From contig CAZTWE010000002.1 in assembly GCA_964617165.1 (NCBI GenBank), positions 3,247 to 67,246 of the forward strand: DNA of 64,000 bases. Reading direction: 5' to 3'. The DNA comes from an uncultured Ruminococcus sp. (GTDB taxonomy: Bacteria; Bacillota; Clostridia; Oscillospirales; CAG-272). Shown here one piece after another: positions 46,127 to 57,298 of the stretch. How positions within the stretch are numbered: position 1 is the stretch's first letter; each line of letters starts with the position of its first letter. The position numbers and the translations under genes are program-made. The notes under the pieces were generated by a model. The model saw nothing but the letters and a program-made list of their open reading frames with translations, was not told the DNA's origin and searched no databases.

Positions 46127-46498
46127 ATGGATATTACAAAGCTTATAATGAGCTTTCTTGTAGGAGGACTTATTTGCGGACTCATACAGCTCGTTATTGA
46201 TTTTACAAAGCTTACCCCCGCAAGAATACTCGTATGCCTTGTATGTATCGGAGTATTTATCGGAGGTGTAGGCATTTACGAACCTATTTTTAATTTTGCT
46301 GGAGCAGGTATTTCCGTACCTCTTATCGGCTTTGGAGCAAACGTTGCAAAGGGAGTTGCCGAAGCAGTTGACGAATTCGGGCTGCTCGGAATTTTCAAGG
46401 GTCCGTTTTCCGCCGCCTCGGCAGGCTGTGTTGCGGCACTCGTTTTCGGCTATTTAGCATGCCTTATTTTTAAAGGAAAACCTAAAAGAACGGATTGA
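46127..46498 (+). CDS. spoVAE: stage V sporulation protein AEb
   Basis: 123 aa, SpoVAC paralogue-like (AGAGISVPLIGFGANV). Confidence 0.8.
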   Translation: MDITKLIMSFLVGGLICGLIQLVIDFTKLTPARILVCLVCIGVFIGGVGIYEPIFNFAGAGISVPLIGFGANVAKGVAEAVDEFGLLGIFKGPFSAASAGCVAALVFGYLACLIFKGKPKRTD

Positions 46499-46512
46499 CG
46501 GATAGTTATATC

Positions 46513-46565
46513 GGGGCATAAAGCTTTACTTTTAAAAAAAGTGAGCTTATGCCTCTGTTTTTTGC
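46513..46565 (+). terminator. intrinsic terminator after the spoVA genes
   Basis: ggggcataaagct...agcttatgcctc (one bulge) followed by tgtttttttgc. Confidence 0.6.
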
Positions 46566-46573
46566 AAAATTTC

Positions 46574-46602
46574 TTGCTTTTTAAATATTTATATGATATA
46601 AT
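46574..46602 (+). promoter_or_regulatory. dnaA promoter candidate (TTGCTT-17-TATAAT with TGn extended -10)
   Basis: TTGCTT at 46574-46579 and tgaTATAAT at 46594-46602. Confidence 0.6.
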
Positions 46603-46706
46603 ATTGTTGTTAAATATATATTATAAAGAAAAAGTATATTTTATCGACTTTTATCGGAGATAAAATTTTCGTAAAACTTATATCACGGAGAAAGGAAATT
46701 TCGTAT

Positions 46707-48113
46707 ATGGATGATTTACAATGCATCGTTGAAGCAATGCTTCCATTGATAGAAAGCAAATTCAACGCGGCTCCCTCTACGTTCAAGCTCTGGTTTGGAG
46801 ACTTTGTGCTTACGTCTCTTGATGATACCGAGGCTGTTTTTCTGACACCTACAGAACTCAGAAAAAAGATATTATCCACCAAATATAAAGATATAATATC
46901 CAAAACTCTCAGTGAAATAATAGGCTTTGAGGTAGATATAAAAATAGAATCCAACGAGGCTCTCAGCGCAAGGGATCACGAAACCGAGCCTATAAATCTC
47001 ACTCCCACAAAGGAAGAAGCCGAGGAAAACGAGGACAGAGAAAAGAAAATAAGGTCTATTATAAACAGCAAGCCGAATGAGGACAGTGAGAAAAAAAGCA
47101 TAACCGATGAATATACCTTTGATAACTTTATCGAGGGTGCATCAAATAAATTTGCAAAAGCGGCATGCCTTGCTGTTGCAAACACTCCCGCAAACGATTT
47201 TAACCCACTGTTCATTCACGGAAACTCCGGTCTCGGTAAAACGCACCTGCTCTGTGCGGTAATAAACCACATGAAAATAAAGTACCCCAATCTCAAAATA
47301 GTTTATAAGAGATGCGAGGACTTTATGAATGAGCTTATAGCTGCAATCTCAACCTACACGACTCAGGAATTTAAGGAAAAATACAGAGGTGCCGACGTTC
47401 TTCTTATTGACGATATACAGTTTATTGCAGGAAAGGTGTCAACTCAGGAGGAATTTTTCCATACGTTCTCATATCTTTATGAGTCCAATAAGCAGATAAT
47501 ACTGACGTCGGACAGACCTCCTCATGAAATCAAGCCGCTTGAGGACAGGCTGCGCACAAGATTTGAGGGTGGACTTATTGCTGATATACAGCCGCCAAGC
47601 CCTGAGCTGCGTGCAGCTATCATAAAGAAAAAATCAGACTCTATAGGTCTTAAGCTCTCAAACGAGCTTGTTGAGTACATAGCAAGCAGGCTCCATGAAA
47701 ATATAAGACAGATAGAGGGTGTTATCAAGAAGCTCGGTATGATGAATGCCATGACGGGTGCTGAGGTAACAAAGCAGTCTGTTGATGAGGTCATTTCGGT
47801 AATAGATCCCGGAAATATCCCCGTTGACATTCTTATTGATAAGATAATTTCAACGGTATCGAGATACTACGGTGTTTCGGTTGAGGATATGAAATCAAAA
47901 AAGAAAACCGATGCCGTTGCAAATGCAAGGCACATCGCGATCTACATAATAAGAAAGCTCACCGAAAAATCCTACAAGGAGATAGGAGCTATCTTCTCAA
48001 GAGATCATACGACGGTTATTGCCTCGTGTGACAGAGTCACAACAAATATAAAAACCATGATAAAAACAGACAGTGACATCAAAAAGATAATAAAGGAGAT
48101 AAAGGGTAACTGA
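46707..48113 (+). CDS. dnaA: chromosomal replication initiator DnaA
   Basis: Walker A GNSGLGKTHL, LLIDDIQF, the sensor region, and C-terminal DNA-binding ARHIAIYIIRKLTEKSYKEIGAIFSRDHTTVI. Confidence 0.95.
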   Translation: MDDLQCIVEAMLPLIESKFNAAPSTFKLWFGDFVLTSLDDTEAVFLTPTELRKKILSTKYKDIISKTLSEIIGFEVDIKIESNEALSARDHETEPINLTPTKEEAEENEDREKKIRSIINSKPNEDSEKKSITDEYTFDNFIEGASNKFAKAACLAVANTPANDFNPLFIHGNSGLGKTHLLCAVINHMKIKYPNLKIVYKRCEDFMNELIAAISTYTTQEFKEKYRGADVLLIDDIQFIAGKVSTQEEFFHTFSYLYESNKQIILTSDRPPHEIKPLEDRLRTRFEGGLIADIQPPSPELRAAIIKKKSDSIGLKLSNELVEYIASRLHENIRQIEGVIKKLGMMNAMTGAEVTKQSVDEVISVIDPGNIPVDILIDKIISTVSRYYGVSVEDMKSKKKTDAVANARHIAIYIIRKLTEKSYKEIGAIFSRDHTTVIASCDRVTTNIKTMIKTDSDIKKIIKEIKGN

Positions 48114-48422
48114 GTTTTCCACACTTTTTATGTGTAAATGTGTGAAACTTCATGTGGAAAAGCAGTTTTCTTCCTGTGGAAAATCGGTTGATTTGAAGCT
48201 TTTTTCCTCTCCACATAGAAAATCTTGATAAAAAGTGGACAAATTTAATCAAAAATCCATTGATACTCTAAGAAAATTCAAAGTTTTCCCCACTGTCAAC
48301 ACCCCCTACAACTACAACTCCTACCGTAAATATATAAATACGTTTTTTTCTCCGCTTCGCGAAAACAGATAAAGGCGACGTGCTCGCCTTGACCACTACA
48401 ATATTGAAAGAAGGACATATAA
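48114..48422. promoter_or_regulatory. oriC: oriC segment: DnaA-box cluster and AT-rich stretch in the dnaA-dnaN spacer
   Basis: Boxes are TTTTCCACA 48115-48123, TGTGGAAAA 48153-48161, TGTGGAAAA 48175-48183, CTCTCCACA 48207-48215, AGTGGACAA 48234-48242 and TTTTCCCCA 48284-48292. Each is a 1-3 mismatch variant of TTATCCACA. AT-rich runs lie at 48241-48280 and 48320-48345. Confidence 0.8.
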
Positions 48423-49571
48423 ATGAAATTTACAGTTTTAAAATCCGTTCTTATGGAAAAGCTCACCCCTGCTATGGGAACAGTTTCCAATAAAAACACA
48501 ATAACCTCTATAGAGGGCGTTCTTATCGAAACTCTTGACGACGGTACGGTAAGACTTTCTACATACGATATGAATAAGGGTGTAAGAGCCGTTTTCACTC
48601 CCACGGAAATAGAGCGCGAGGGTAAATTTATAATAAATGCGCAGCGTTTTTATCAGACGGTAAAGGTACTCCCCGAGCAGGATATAACAATTGATATAAA
48701 CGACAAGCTCAATTGCACTATCTCATCCGGAAAGGCATCCTTCTCGATGTTTGCTATGAACAGCGAGGAATTTCCCTCTTTGCCTGAGCTTACCACAGAT
48801 CAAGGCTTTGAGATAAGCGGCAGCATCCTGCGCAAAATGATAAGCAAGGTTTCTCATTCTATTGCCGATCAGGATATAAGACCCATGCTTCGCGGTGCGT
48901 TCTTTAAATTTGACGAAAATTCGCTTGAAGTTGTTTCCTGTGACAGCTATACGCTTTCCAAGTGCGAGATAAACTGCGATATAGATTACTTCGGTGCATC
49001 GACCCATAAACATTCTCTCATTATTCCCGGGCACGCGCTCGCGGAAATGATGAAGATAATAGACGACAGTGATGAGAAGGTAACCGTTTCTCTCACAAGA
49101 AAGCATGCTATAGTAAATCTCGGCGAGCTTGTATTCTTCACAAGAACAATAGACTCCGAATTTATCGATTATAACAGAATAATTCCAAAGGATAACGATA
49201 TATTAGTTACCGTTTCCAGAGAGAGACTTCTTTCCGGACTTGAAAGAGCTAACATCATAGCAGAGGAAAAGATACAAGGTAGCGGAAAGAGTTATGTAAA
49301 GCTCAAGGCTGAGGATCAGTTCCTGACTCTCACCTCATCCTCTGTAAACGGAAAGGTCTATGATGAGATGGATGCAGAGCATCAGGGCTCGGATATTGAA
49401 ATAGGCTTTAACTGCCGTTATCTTATAAACAGCGTTAAGGTTGCCGAGGGTGAGAAAATAAAGCTTTCCCTGAAGAGTGCAACTCAGGCTATAACTATAG
49501 AGCCATACGAGAAGGAAGAGGATTTCAATTACTTCTATATGATCCTTCCTGTAAGAATGAATGAAAAATGA
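48423..49571 (+). CDS. dnaN: DNA polymerase III beta sliding clamp
   Basis: 382 aa, starting MKFTVLKSVLMEKL... with a three-domain length. It holds the canonical position after dnaA. Confidence 0.9.
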   Translation: MKFTVLKSVLMEKLTPAMGTVSNKNTITSIEGVLIETLDDGTVRLSTYDMNKGVRAVFTPTEIEREGKFIINAQRFYQTVKVLPEQDITIDINDKLNCTISSGKASFSMFAMNSEEFPSLPELTTDQGFEISGSILRKMISKVSHSIADQDIRPMLRGAFFKFDENSLEVVSCDSYTLSKCEINCDIDYFGASTHKHSLIIPGHALAEMMKIIDDSDEKVTVSLTRKHAIVNLGELVFFTRTIDSEFIDYNRIIPKDNDILVTVSRERLLSGLERANIIAEEKIQGSGKSYVKLKAEDQFLTLTSSSVNGKVYDEMDAEHQGSDIEIGFNCRYLINSVKVAEGEKIKLSLKSATQAITIEPYEKEEDFNYFYMILPVRMNEK

Positions 49572-50662
49572 TAATTAAAAGCTTTCGGGCACAGAATTTT
49601 CGCAATATAGAGAAATGCTCGCTTGATTTCGATCCCGAGGTCAACGTTTTACTCGGAGAAAACGCGCAGGGAAAAACCAATGCCGTTGAGGGAATATACC
49701 TTTTTGCAAGGGGAAGATCCTTTCGACGCGGTGATGATAAGGACCTTGTAAGATTTGGTTACGAGGGGTTTAATATAGCGATAGATTATCAGGATAAGGA
49801 CGGAGAAAATACGCTTGAGTATGCCGTTTTCGGAAGAGATAAAAGACGGAAGAAAAACGGCTACAGACTAGCTCGCGCAGGCGAGATGATAGGAAGCTTC
49901 AAGGCGGTTCTTTTCTGCCCCGATGACCTTTATTTGGTAAAGGGAGGCCCTGAGGAAAGGCGCGATTTTCTCAACGTAGCTATAGCTCAGTGCTACCCTG
50001 CCTACGTATCCGTTTATGCGGATTACAAAAAAGCTCTTGAAAACAGAAACGCTCTTTTAAAAAACGCATCAAAGGGATTTTATTTTGATGAAAAAGAGCT
50101 GGAAGCCTGGTCGCTCTCCGTTGCCGAATACGCCTCTTATATATATATTCAAAGAAAGGAATATATAAAAAAGCTGGAAGTATACGCAAAGAGCTTCATG
50201 AAAGATATATCAGACGGTAAAGAGGAGCTTTCGCTCATATACAAAAGTGATATAGACGAAAATAAGCTCTCGTCGCTTACCAAGGACAGTGTAGCGCTTG
50301 AATACCGTAGAATATTTACAGAAAATATAATGAAAGAAAGACTTGCCGGCGTTACGCTTTACGGTCCTCACAGAGAGGATATCTCAATAGGCATAAACGG
50401 CAAGGAGGCGAGGATTTTTTCCTCGCAGGGACAGCAGAGATCTATAGTTCTCTCACTGAAGATGGCAGAGGGAGAGGTAAGCCGCTCTCTGTTTTCGGAA
50501 TACCCTGTATTTTTGTTTGATGACGTATTATCCGAGCTTGACGAAAAGAGACAAAATTTCGTTTTATCGGGGATGACGGACAGACAGATAATAATAACCT
50601 CTTGCGAGCAGCTGCGCACAGAGGGGCGCATTATAAAGGTTGTCGGAGGTGATTTTTGCTGA
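49568..50662 (+). CDS. recF: DNA replication/repair protein RecF
   Basis: FRNIE... Walker A GENAQGKTN, signature SQGQQRS, Walker B VFLFDDVLSELD. ATGA overlap with dnaN. Confidence 0.9.
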   Translation: MIIKSFRAQNFRNIEKCSLDFDPEVNVLLGENAQGKTNAVEGIYLFARGRSFRRGDDKDLVRFGYEGFNIAIDYQDKDGENTLEYAVFGRDKRRKKNGYRLARAGEMIGSFKAVLFCPDDLYLVKGGPEERRDFLNVAIAQCYPAYVSVYADYKKALENRNALLKNASKGFYFDEKELEAWSLSVAEYASYIYIQRKEYIKKLEVYAKSFMKDISDGKEELSLIYKSDIDENKLSSLTKDSVALEYRRIFTENIMKERLAGVTLYGPHREDISIGINGKEARIFSSQGQQRSIVLSLKMAEGEVSRSLFSEYPVFLFDDVLSELDEKRQNFVLSGMTDRQIIITSCEQLRTEGRIIKVVGGDFC

Positions 50663-50943
50663 TGTATCTTCATATAGGTAACGGAATAACGATCAGAAAA
50701 AAGAATATAATAGGTATTTTTGACTTAGACAGCTCAACAATATCCGCAATAACAAAAAAATATATAAATAAAAATCAAAAGGCGGGAAACATTCTCTACG
50801 GAGATTCAGACCTGCCGAGAGCCTTTATTCTTCACGAGTCTTTGGGAGATAAGGGAATACAATATAAAATAAAGCTTTCGCGAATATCCTCTCAGGGACT
50901 GAAGCTGAGAGCGGAAAGCAATGACTACAGTGAAAACACATAA
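50662..50943 (+). CDS. remB: DUF370 protein (RemB/YaaB-like)
   Basis: A small protein between recF and gyrB, as in Bacillus yaaB. IIGIFDLDSSTIS...LPRAFIL resembles DUF370. The ATG overlaps the recF stop. Confidence 0.65.
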   Translation: MYLHIGNGITIRKKNIIGIFDLDSSTISAITKKYINKNQKAGNILYGDSDLPRAFILHESLGDKGIQYKIKLSRISSQGLKLRAESNDYSENT

Positions 50944-50989
50944 GACAGGCGAGGAATATCAGAGCACCTCTATAATTCACTCTTGCTAA

Positions 50990-52930
<1,941 letters not shown>

Positions 52931-52951
52931 TAAAGAAAAGGAATTTTGAAT

Positions 52952-55498
52952 ATGAATCACGAGTATAAATCAAATGATATAGAATTTCCTAATCAAAGAA
53001 TAGAGATGCGTGATATGGAAAAAGAGGTTAAAAGCTCGTTCCTCGAATATTCGATGAGCGTTATAACCTCAAGAGCTCTTCCCGACGTAAGAGACGGTAT
53101 GAAGCCCGGTCAGAGAAGAATACTCTATGCTATGTATGAGGATCATCTGACGTATGATAAGCCTTTCCGTAAATCCGCTACAACGGTAGGTAACGTGCTT
53201 GGTAGATATCATCCGCACGGAGACTCAGCAGTTTATCAGGCAATGGTAAGAATGGCACAGCCCTTCTCATATCGCTATCCGCTCGTCGAGGGACACGGTA
53301 ACTTCGGTAACGTTGACGGTGACGGTGCAGCCGCATACCGTTATACCGAGGCAAGAATGAGCAAGATCGCTGATATAATGATGAGCGATATTGAAAAGCG
53401 TGTCGTTCCCATGACGAGAAACTTCGATAATACACGCGATGAACCTGTTGTTCTTCCCTCGCGCTTCCCTAATCTGCTTGTAAACGGCTCGGTAGGTATA
53501 GCCGTCGGTATGGCTACCAATATTCCTCCGCATAATCTTTGCGAGGTTATTGACGGAACCGTGTACAGAATAGATAATCCCGAATGTTCTGTTGACGAGC
53601 TTATGGAATATATAAAAGGACCTGATTTTCCCACTGCTGCTGTTATATACGGTACGCGCGGAATAAGAGAAGCTTACGAGACGGGTAAGGGACGTGTATA
53701 CGTAAGAGCAAGAGCTACGGTTGAGGACGATAAAAAGCGTATAATTTTCACCGAGATACCTTACATGGTAAACAAGTCTATGCTTATTGAAAGTATGGCT
53801 AATCTTGTAAAAGAAAAGAAAATAGAGGGTATTACCGCTCTGCGTGATGAATCCGGAAGAGGCGGAATGAGAATAGTTGTCGAATACCGCAAGGATGCTA
53901 ACGGTGAAGTCATTCTCAATCAGCTCTATAAATATACTCAACTTCAGGACACATGCTCGGTAAACATGCTGGTTATAGTAAACGGAGAGCCGAAAACGCT
54001 TTCTCTTCCGTCAATACTTGATCACTACATAGAATTCCAGGAGTCGGTTATCAGAAAGAGATGTGAATTTGATCTTGAAAAAGCTCTTCGTGAGATGCAT
54101 ATTCTTGAGGGCTACAGAACGGCTACGGAAAATATAGACGAGGTCATCGCTATAATCAAGAAGAGTGAATCTATTCCTAACGCAAAGGAAAGACTTACGG
54201 AGCGTTTCGGACTTTCGGATGCACAGGCTCAGGCAATAGTGGAAATGACACTTGGAAAGCTTTCGGGACTTGAGAGACAAAAGGTAGAGGACAGACTTGC
54301 AAAGCTTGCTGTTACGGTTGAGGAGCTTCGCTCCATACTTGCCGATGAAATGAAGATCAAGGAGTTGCTTAAAAATGAGCTTCTTGAAACGAAGAATAAA
54401 TTCGGAGATAAAAGGCGCACCGAAATAGTTGAAGCCACAGAGGAAATAGATCTTGAAGATCTTATTGAAAGACATACCTGCATACTTACCATGAGCCATA
54501 CGGGCTACATAAAGCGTCAGCGCGCTGACACCTACGTTGCTCAGAACAGAGGCGGTAAGGGGATAATAGGAATGAGCACCAAGGAAGAGGACTTTGTTGA
54601 AAAAATACTTGTTGCTTCATCTCATTCTCATATAATGTTCTTTACCAATCAGGGGAGAGTTTATGCGAAGAAGGCATATCGCATACCCGAGGCGGGAAGA
54701 ACTGCTAAGGGAACGAATCTTGTAAACATCATAGAGCTGAACGAAAACGAAAAGGTAACGTCCATGATAAGCGTCTCCGAATTTAATGACGGTGAGTATC
54801 TTACCATGGTTACAAGAAACGGTGTTATAAAGAAAACCCTTCTTACCGAATTTGAATATCAGCGCCGCGGCGGAAAGATAGCTATAAATCTTGACGAGGG
54901 TGACGAGTTGATATTCGTTCGTCATACCTTGGGAGATCAGAATATAATGATTGCTACAAGAGACGGACTTTGCGTACGCTTTGATGAAGACAACGTTCGC
55001 GCAATGGGAAGAGGCGCAAGAGGTGTTAAGGGAATAACGCTTTCCGAGGGAGATTACGTAATAGGAGTTTGTGTGGTTGACGAGGAAAAGAAGCTTCTTA
55101 CAGTTACAGAAAACGGTATGGGTAAGAGAACGGAGTTTGACGATTTCCGCGAGATGAAGCACAGAGGCGGCAGAGGTGTTACCTGCCACAAGCTCACAGA
55201 AAAGAGCGGAAAGCTTGCAGCTATTCAGACCGTTTCGGATGATGACGACGTTATGCTCATAACCGACAAGGGTACTATAATAAGAATGTCTGTTTCGGAT
55301 ATAAACGTATATTCAAGAACGGCAGGCGGAGTTATAGTGATGAGGACCTCGGATGACAGCCGTATAATAACTCTTTCAAGACTCGATAAAATTGAGGAGA
55401 TAGAGAAAGCGGGAAATAAGATAGACAAAGAAAATTCAGCGGTTTCCATATATGATACGCAGGATAGAAAGCCTCTTGGAGATGAGGACGAAGAATAA
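52952..55498 (+). CDS. gyrA: DNA gyrase subunit A
   Basis: [36 protein letters not shown] and [10 protein letters not shown] (catalytic Tyr). ATG 52952 has better RBS spacing than the ORF-track TTG at 52946. Acidic tail DEDEE. Confidence 0.95.
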   Translation: MNHEYKSNDIEFPNQRIEMRDMEKEVKSSFLEYSMSVITSRALPDVRDGMKPGQRRILYAMYEDHLTYDKPFRKSATTVGNVLGRYHPHGDSAVYQAMVRMAQPFSYRYPLVEGHGNFGNVDGDGAAAYRYTEARMSKIADIMMSDIEKRVVPMTRNFDNTRDEPVVLPSRFPNLLVNGSVGIAVGMATNIPPHNLCEVIDGTVYRIDNPECSVDELMEYIKGPDFPTAAVIYGTRGIREAYETGKGRVYVRARATVEDDKKRIIFTEIPYMVNKSMLIESMANLVKEKKIEGITALRDESGRGGMRIVVEYRKDANGEVILNQLYKYTQLQDTCSVNMLVIVNGEPKTLSLPSILDHYIEFQESVIRKRCEFDLEKALREMHILEGYRTATENIDEVIAIIKKSESIPNAKERLTERFGLSDAQAQAIVEMTLGKLSGLERQKVEDRLAKLAVTVEELRSILADEMKIKELLKNELLETKNKFGDKRRTEIVEATEEIDLEDLIERHTCILTMSHTGYIKRQRADTYVAQNRGGKGIIGMSTKEEDFVEKILVASSHSHIMFFTNQGRVYAKKAYRIPEAGRTAKGTNLVNIIELNENEKVTSMISVSEFNDGEYLTMVTRNGVIKKTLLTEFEYQRRGGKIAINLDEGDELIFVRHTLGDQNIMIATRDGLCVRFDEDNVRAMGRGARGVKGITLSEGDYVIGVCVVDEEKKLLTVTENGMGKRTEFDDFREMKHRGGRGVTCHKLTEKSGKLAAIQTVSDDDDVMLITDKGTIIRMSVSDINVYSRTAGGVIVMRTSDDSRIITLSRLDKIEEIEKAGNKIDKENSAVSIYDTQDRKPLGDEDEE

Positions 55499-56169
55499 TG
55501 AAAAATAAAGCTTTTTTGCTAACTTTAGTAGTCATATTAGGGGTTTTAACAACTTCGGGATGCGGAGAAAAAAATCGCGAATATGTAGAAGAAGAGGTAA
55601 AAAGAGCGGCGAACGAACTTATTCTTAAAAGTGAATTGTTAAATGAACTCTATTACGGATACGGTATAGCATACGACGATAACAAGAGCGAGGCTGACGG
55701 ACGGTATTATAAAGCAAGTCTTTTATCGGCAAATGAGTTTGGTGTTGATACTGTTGAGGATATAAAAGTGCTGACGCGAGAATGCTTCAGCACGGAATAT
55801 GCAAATATGATTATCGATACCAAACTCTCCTCTGTAAAGGATGATGAGGGAGTTATAGTTTCTTACGTGCGTTACTACCAAAAATACAATGCACTTGATG
55901 GTAGCGAAGAATGTATAATGGTGGACAGTGAGGCTACCGTTTTAATAGACGATGAGCTTGAATATGACTATAATTCACTCTACGTATCTCACTCAGAGGG
56001 TGAGGAGGTTATCGTGAAAATTTTCGTTACGGCAACTGATGCTGATGGTAATTCGCAGAAGAAAGAGCTGGAAATATCCTTAATTGAGGAAGCTGACGGA
56101 TGGAGAATAAATTCCCCGACTTATACCACATACTTTGATCGCACACAATACGACGATCTTCAAAAATAA
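55498..56169 (+). CDS. small lipoprotein of unknown function
   Basis: Signal peptide with LTTSGC lipobox. The ATG shares a nucleotide with the gyrA stop (TAATG). Confidence 0.6.
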   Translation: MKNKAFLLTLVVILGVLTTSGCGEKNREYVEEEVKRAANELILKSELLNELYYGYGIAYDDNKSEADGRYYKASLLSANEFGVDTVEDIKVLTRECFSTEYANMIIDTKLSSVKDDEGVIVSYVRYYQKYNALDGSEECIMVDSEATVLIDDELEYDYNSLYVSHSEGEEVIVKIFVTATDADGNSQKKELEISLIEEADGWRINSPTYTTYFDRTQYDDLQK

Positions 56170-56194
56170 AGTTTTAAAGAGAGGATTAACTAAA

Positions 56195-56839
56195 ATGACC
56201 TTCAGAGAAAAACTTGTAAGGCTGAGAAAAATCAAATCCCTGACACAGGATGAATTTGCAAGCGCGGTTGGCGTTTCAAGACAGGCTGTTTATAAATGGG
56301 AGTCGGGTCAATCTTATCCCGAGGTACCTAAGCTGCTTGAAATAAAATTACTTTTCGGAATTTCTATTGACGATCTTCTTGACGATACGTATGAGATAGA
56401 ATTACCCGAGAAGAAGAGAAAGAAGAGAATGAGTCGTGCTGACAAGGAAAGAATAGAGGCGGCTATAAGAGCAGAGGAAGGTATCGATGACGAGGATTGG
56501 TACGGCAGTGCCGATTACGGTGATAGCTCGGTAAACTCTGATTTTGAGGATAAGGATGCCGTTTCTGTTGATGCTGTGACAGCCGAGAATACTGTAGATG
56601 AGGCAGAAGAGCTGACTGCAAAGGTTGAGGATGAGCCCGATTATGCTTACGTTGCTCCATCGGCAAATGATACGGAGGATAATGCTACAGACAAGACCGA
56701 GAGCACTGACACTGACGTTAACCTTACTGATGACAGTGAGGCTGCTCCCGTAAACGATACAGCTTCCGACAAATCTGTAGCAGAGGATACTCCCGCACAG
56801 AAAAAAGGACTGTTCCAAAGACTTTTCGGAAAAAAATAG
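56195..56839 (+). CDS. XRE-family HTH protein with a long acidic C-terminal region
   Basis: LVRLRKIKSLTQDEFASAVGVSRQAVYKWESGQSYPEVPKLLEIKLLFGISIDDLL. Start at ATG 56195 after AGAGAGGA. Confidence 0.75.
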   Translation: MTFREKLVRLRKIKSLTQDEFASAVGVSRQAVYKWESGQSYPEVPKLLEIKLLFGISIDDLLDDTYEIELPEKKRKKRMSRADKERIEAAIRAEEGIDDEDWYGSADYGDSSVNSDFEDKDAVSVDAVTAENTVDEAEELTAKVEDEPDYAYVAPSANDTEDNATDKTESTDTDVNLTDDSEAAPVNDTASDKSVAEDTPAQKKGLFQRLFGKK

Positions 56840-56977
56840 TAACTAATAATATAATGTATATTACCGTGCCGTTTCGGTGCGGTAATATGCATAAAAAGTA
56901 TAAATAAAGGCAATAATTTCCCTAAAAGCGCCGGTATTCAAAAAATGTGCTTTCCGGCTTTAAAGTGAGGCGAAGTT

Positions 56978-57256
56978 ATGCGCGGATATCAGAAAAAAGT
57001 GGTGTATTTAAAAAATACCGGAAGCTCGGTATTTGAAGAAGCTTATTTTGTTATAAAAGAGAACGCAGAAACTGAGGACTGTGAAAAAGAAGAGCTTGAC
57101 CTCTTACAGGAGGCAAACCGTATTATAGAAGAAAATACCGATTTTGAGATAAAAAGAAAATCCCGTAGAATAAATCTGCGTGCCGTATCTGTTTTTTTGT
57201 TGGGATTTTTGACATCGTCGGTTATTTCATTGATTATAAATTTATTATTCAACTAA
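56978..57256 (+). CDS. small membrane protein, unknown function
   Basis: 92 aa with a C-terminal TM (AVSVFLLGFLTSSVISLIINLLF) and RBS GAGGCG. Confidence 0.45.
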   Translation: MRGYQKKVVYLKNTGSSVFEEAYFVIKENAETEDCEKEELDLLQEANRIIEENTDFEIKRKSRRINLRAVSVFLLGFLTSSVISLIINLLFN

Positions 57257-57298
57257 GAAAGTAACGTGCACTTAAAGTGCAGAAATGGACATAAAATA

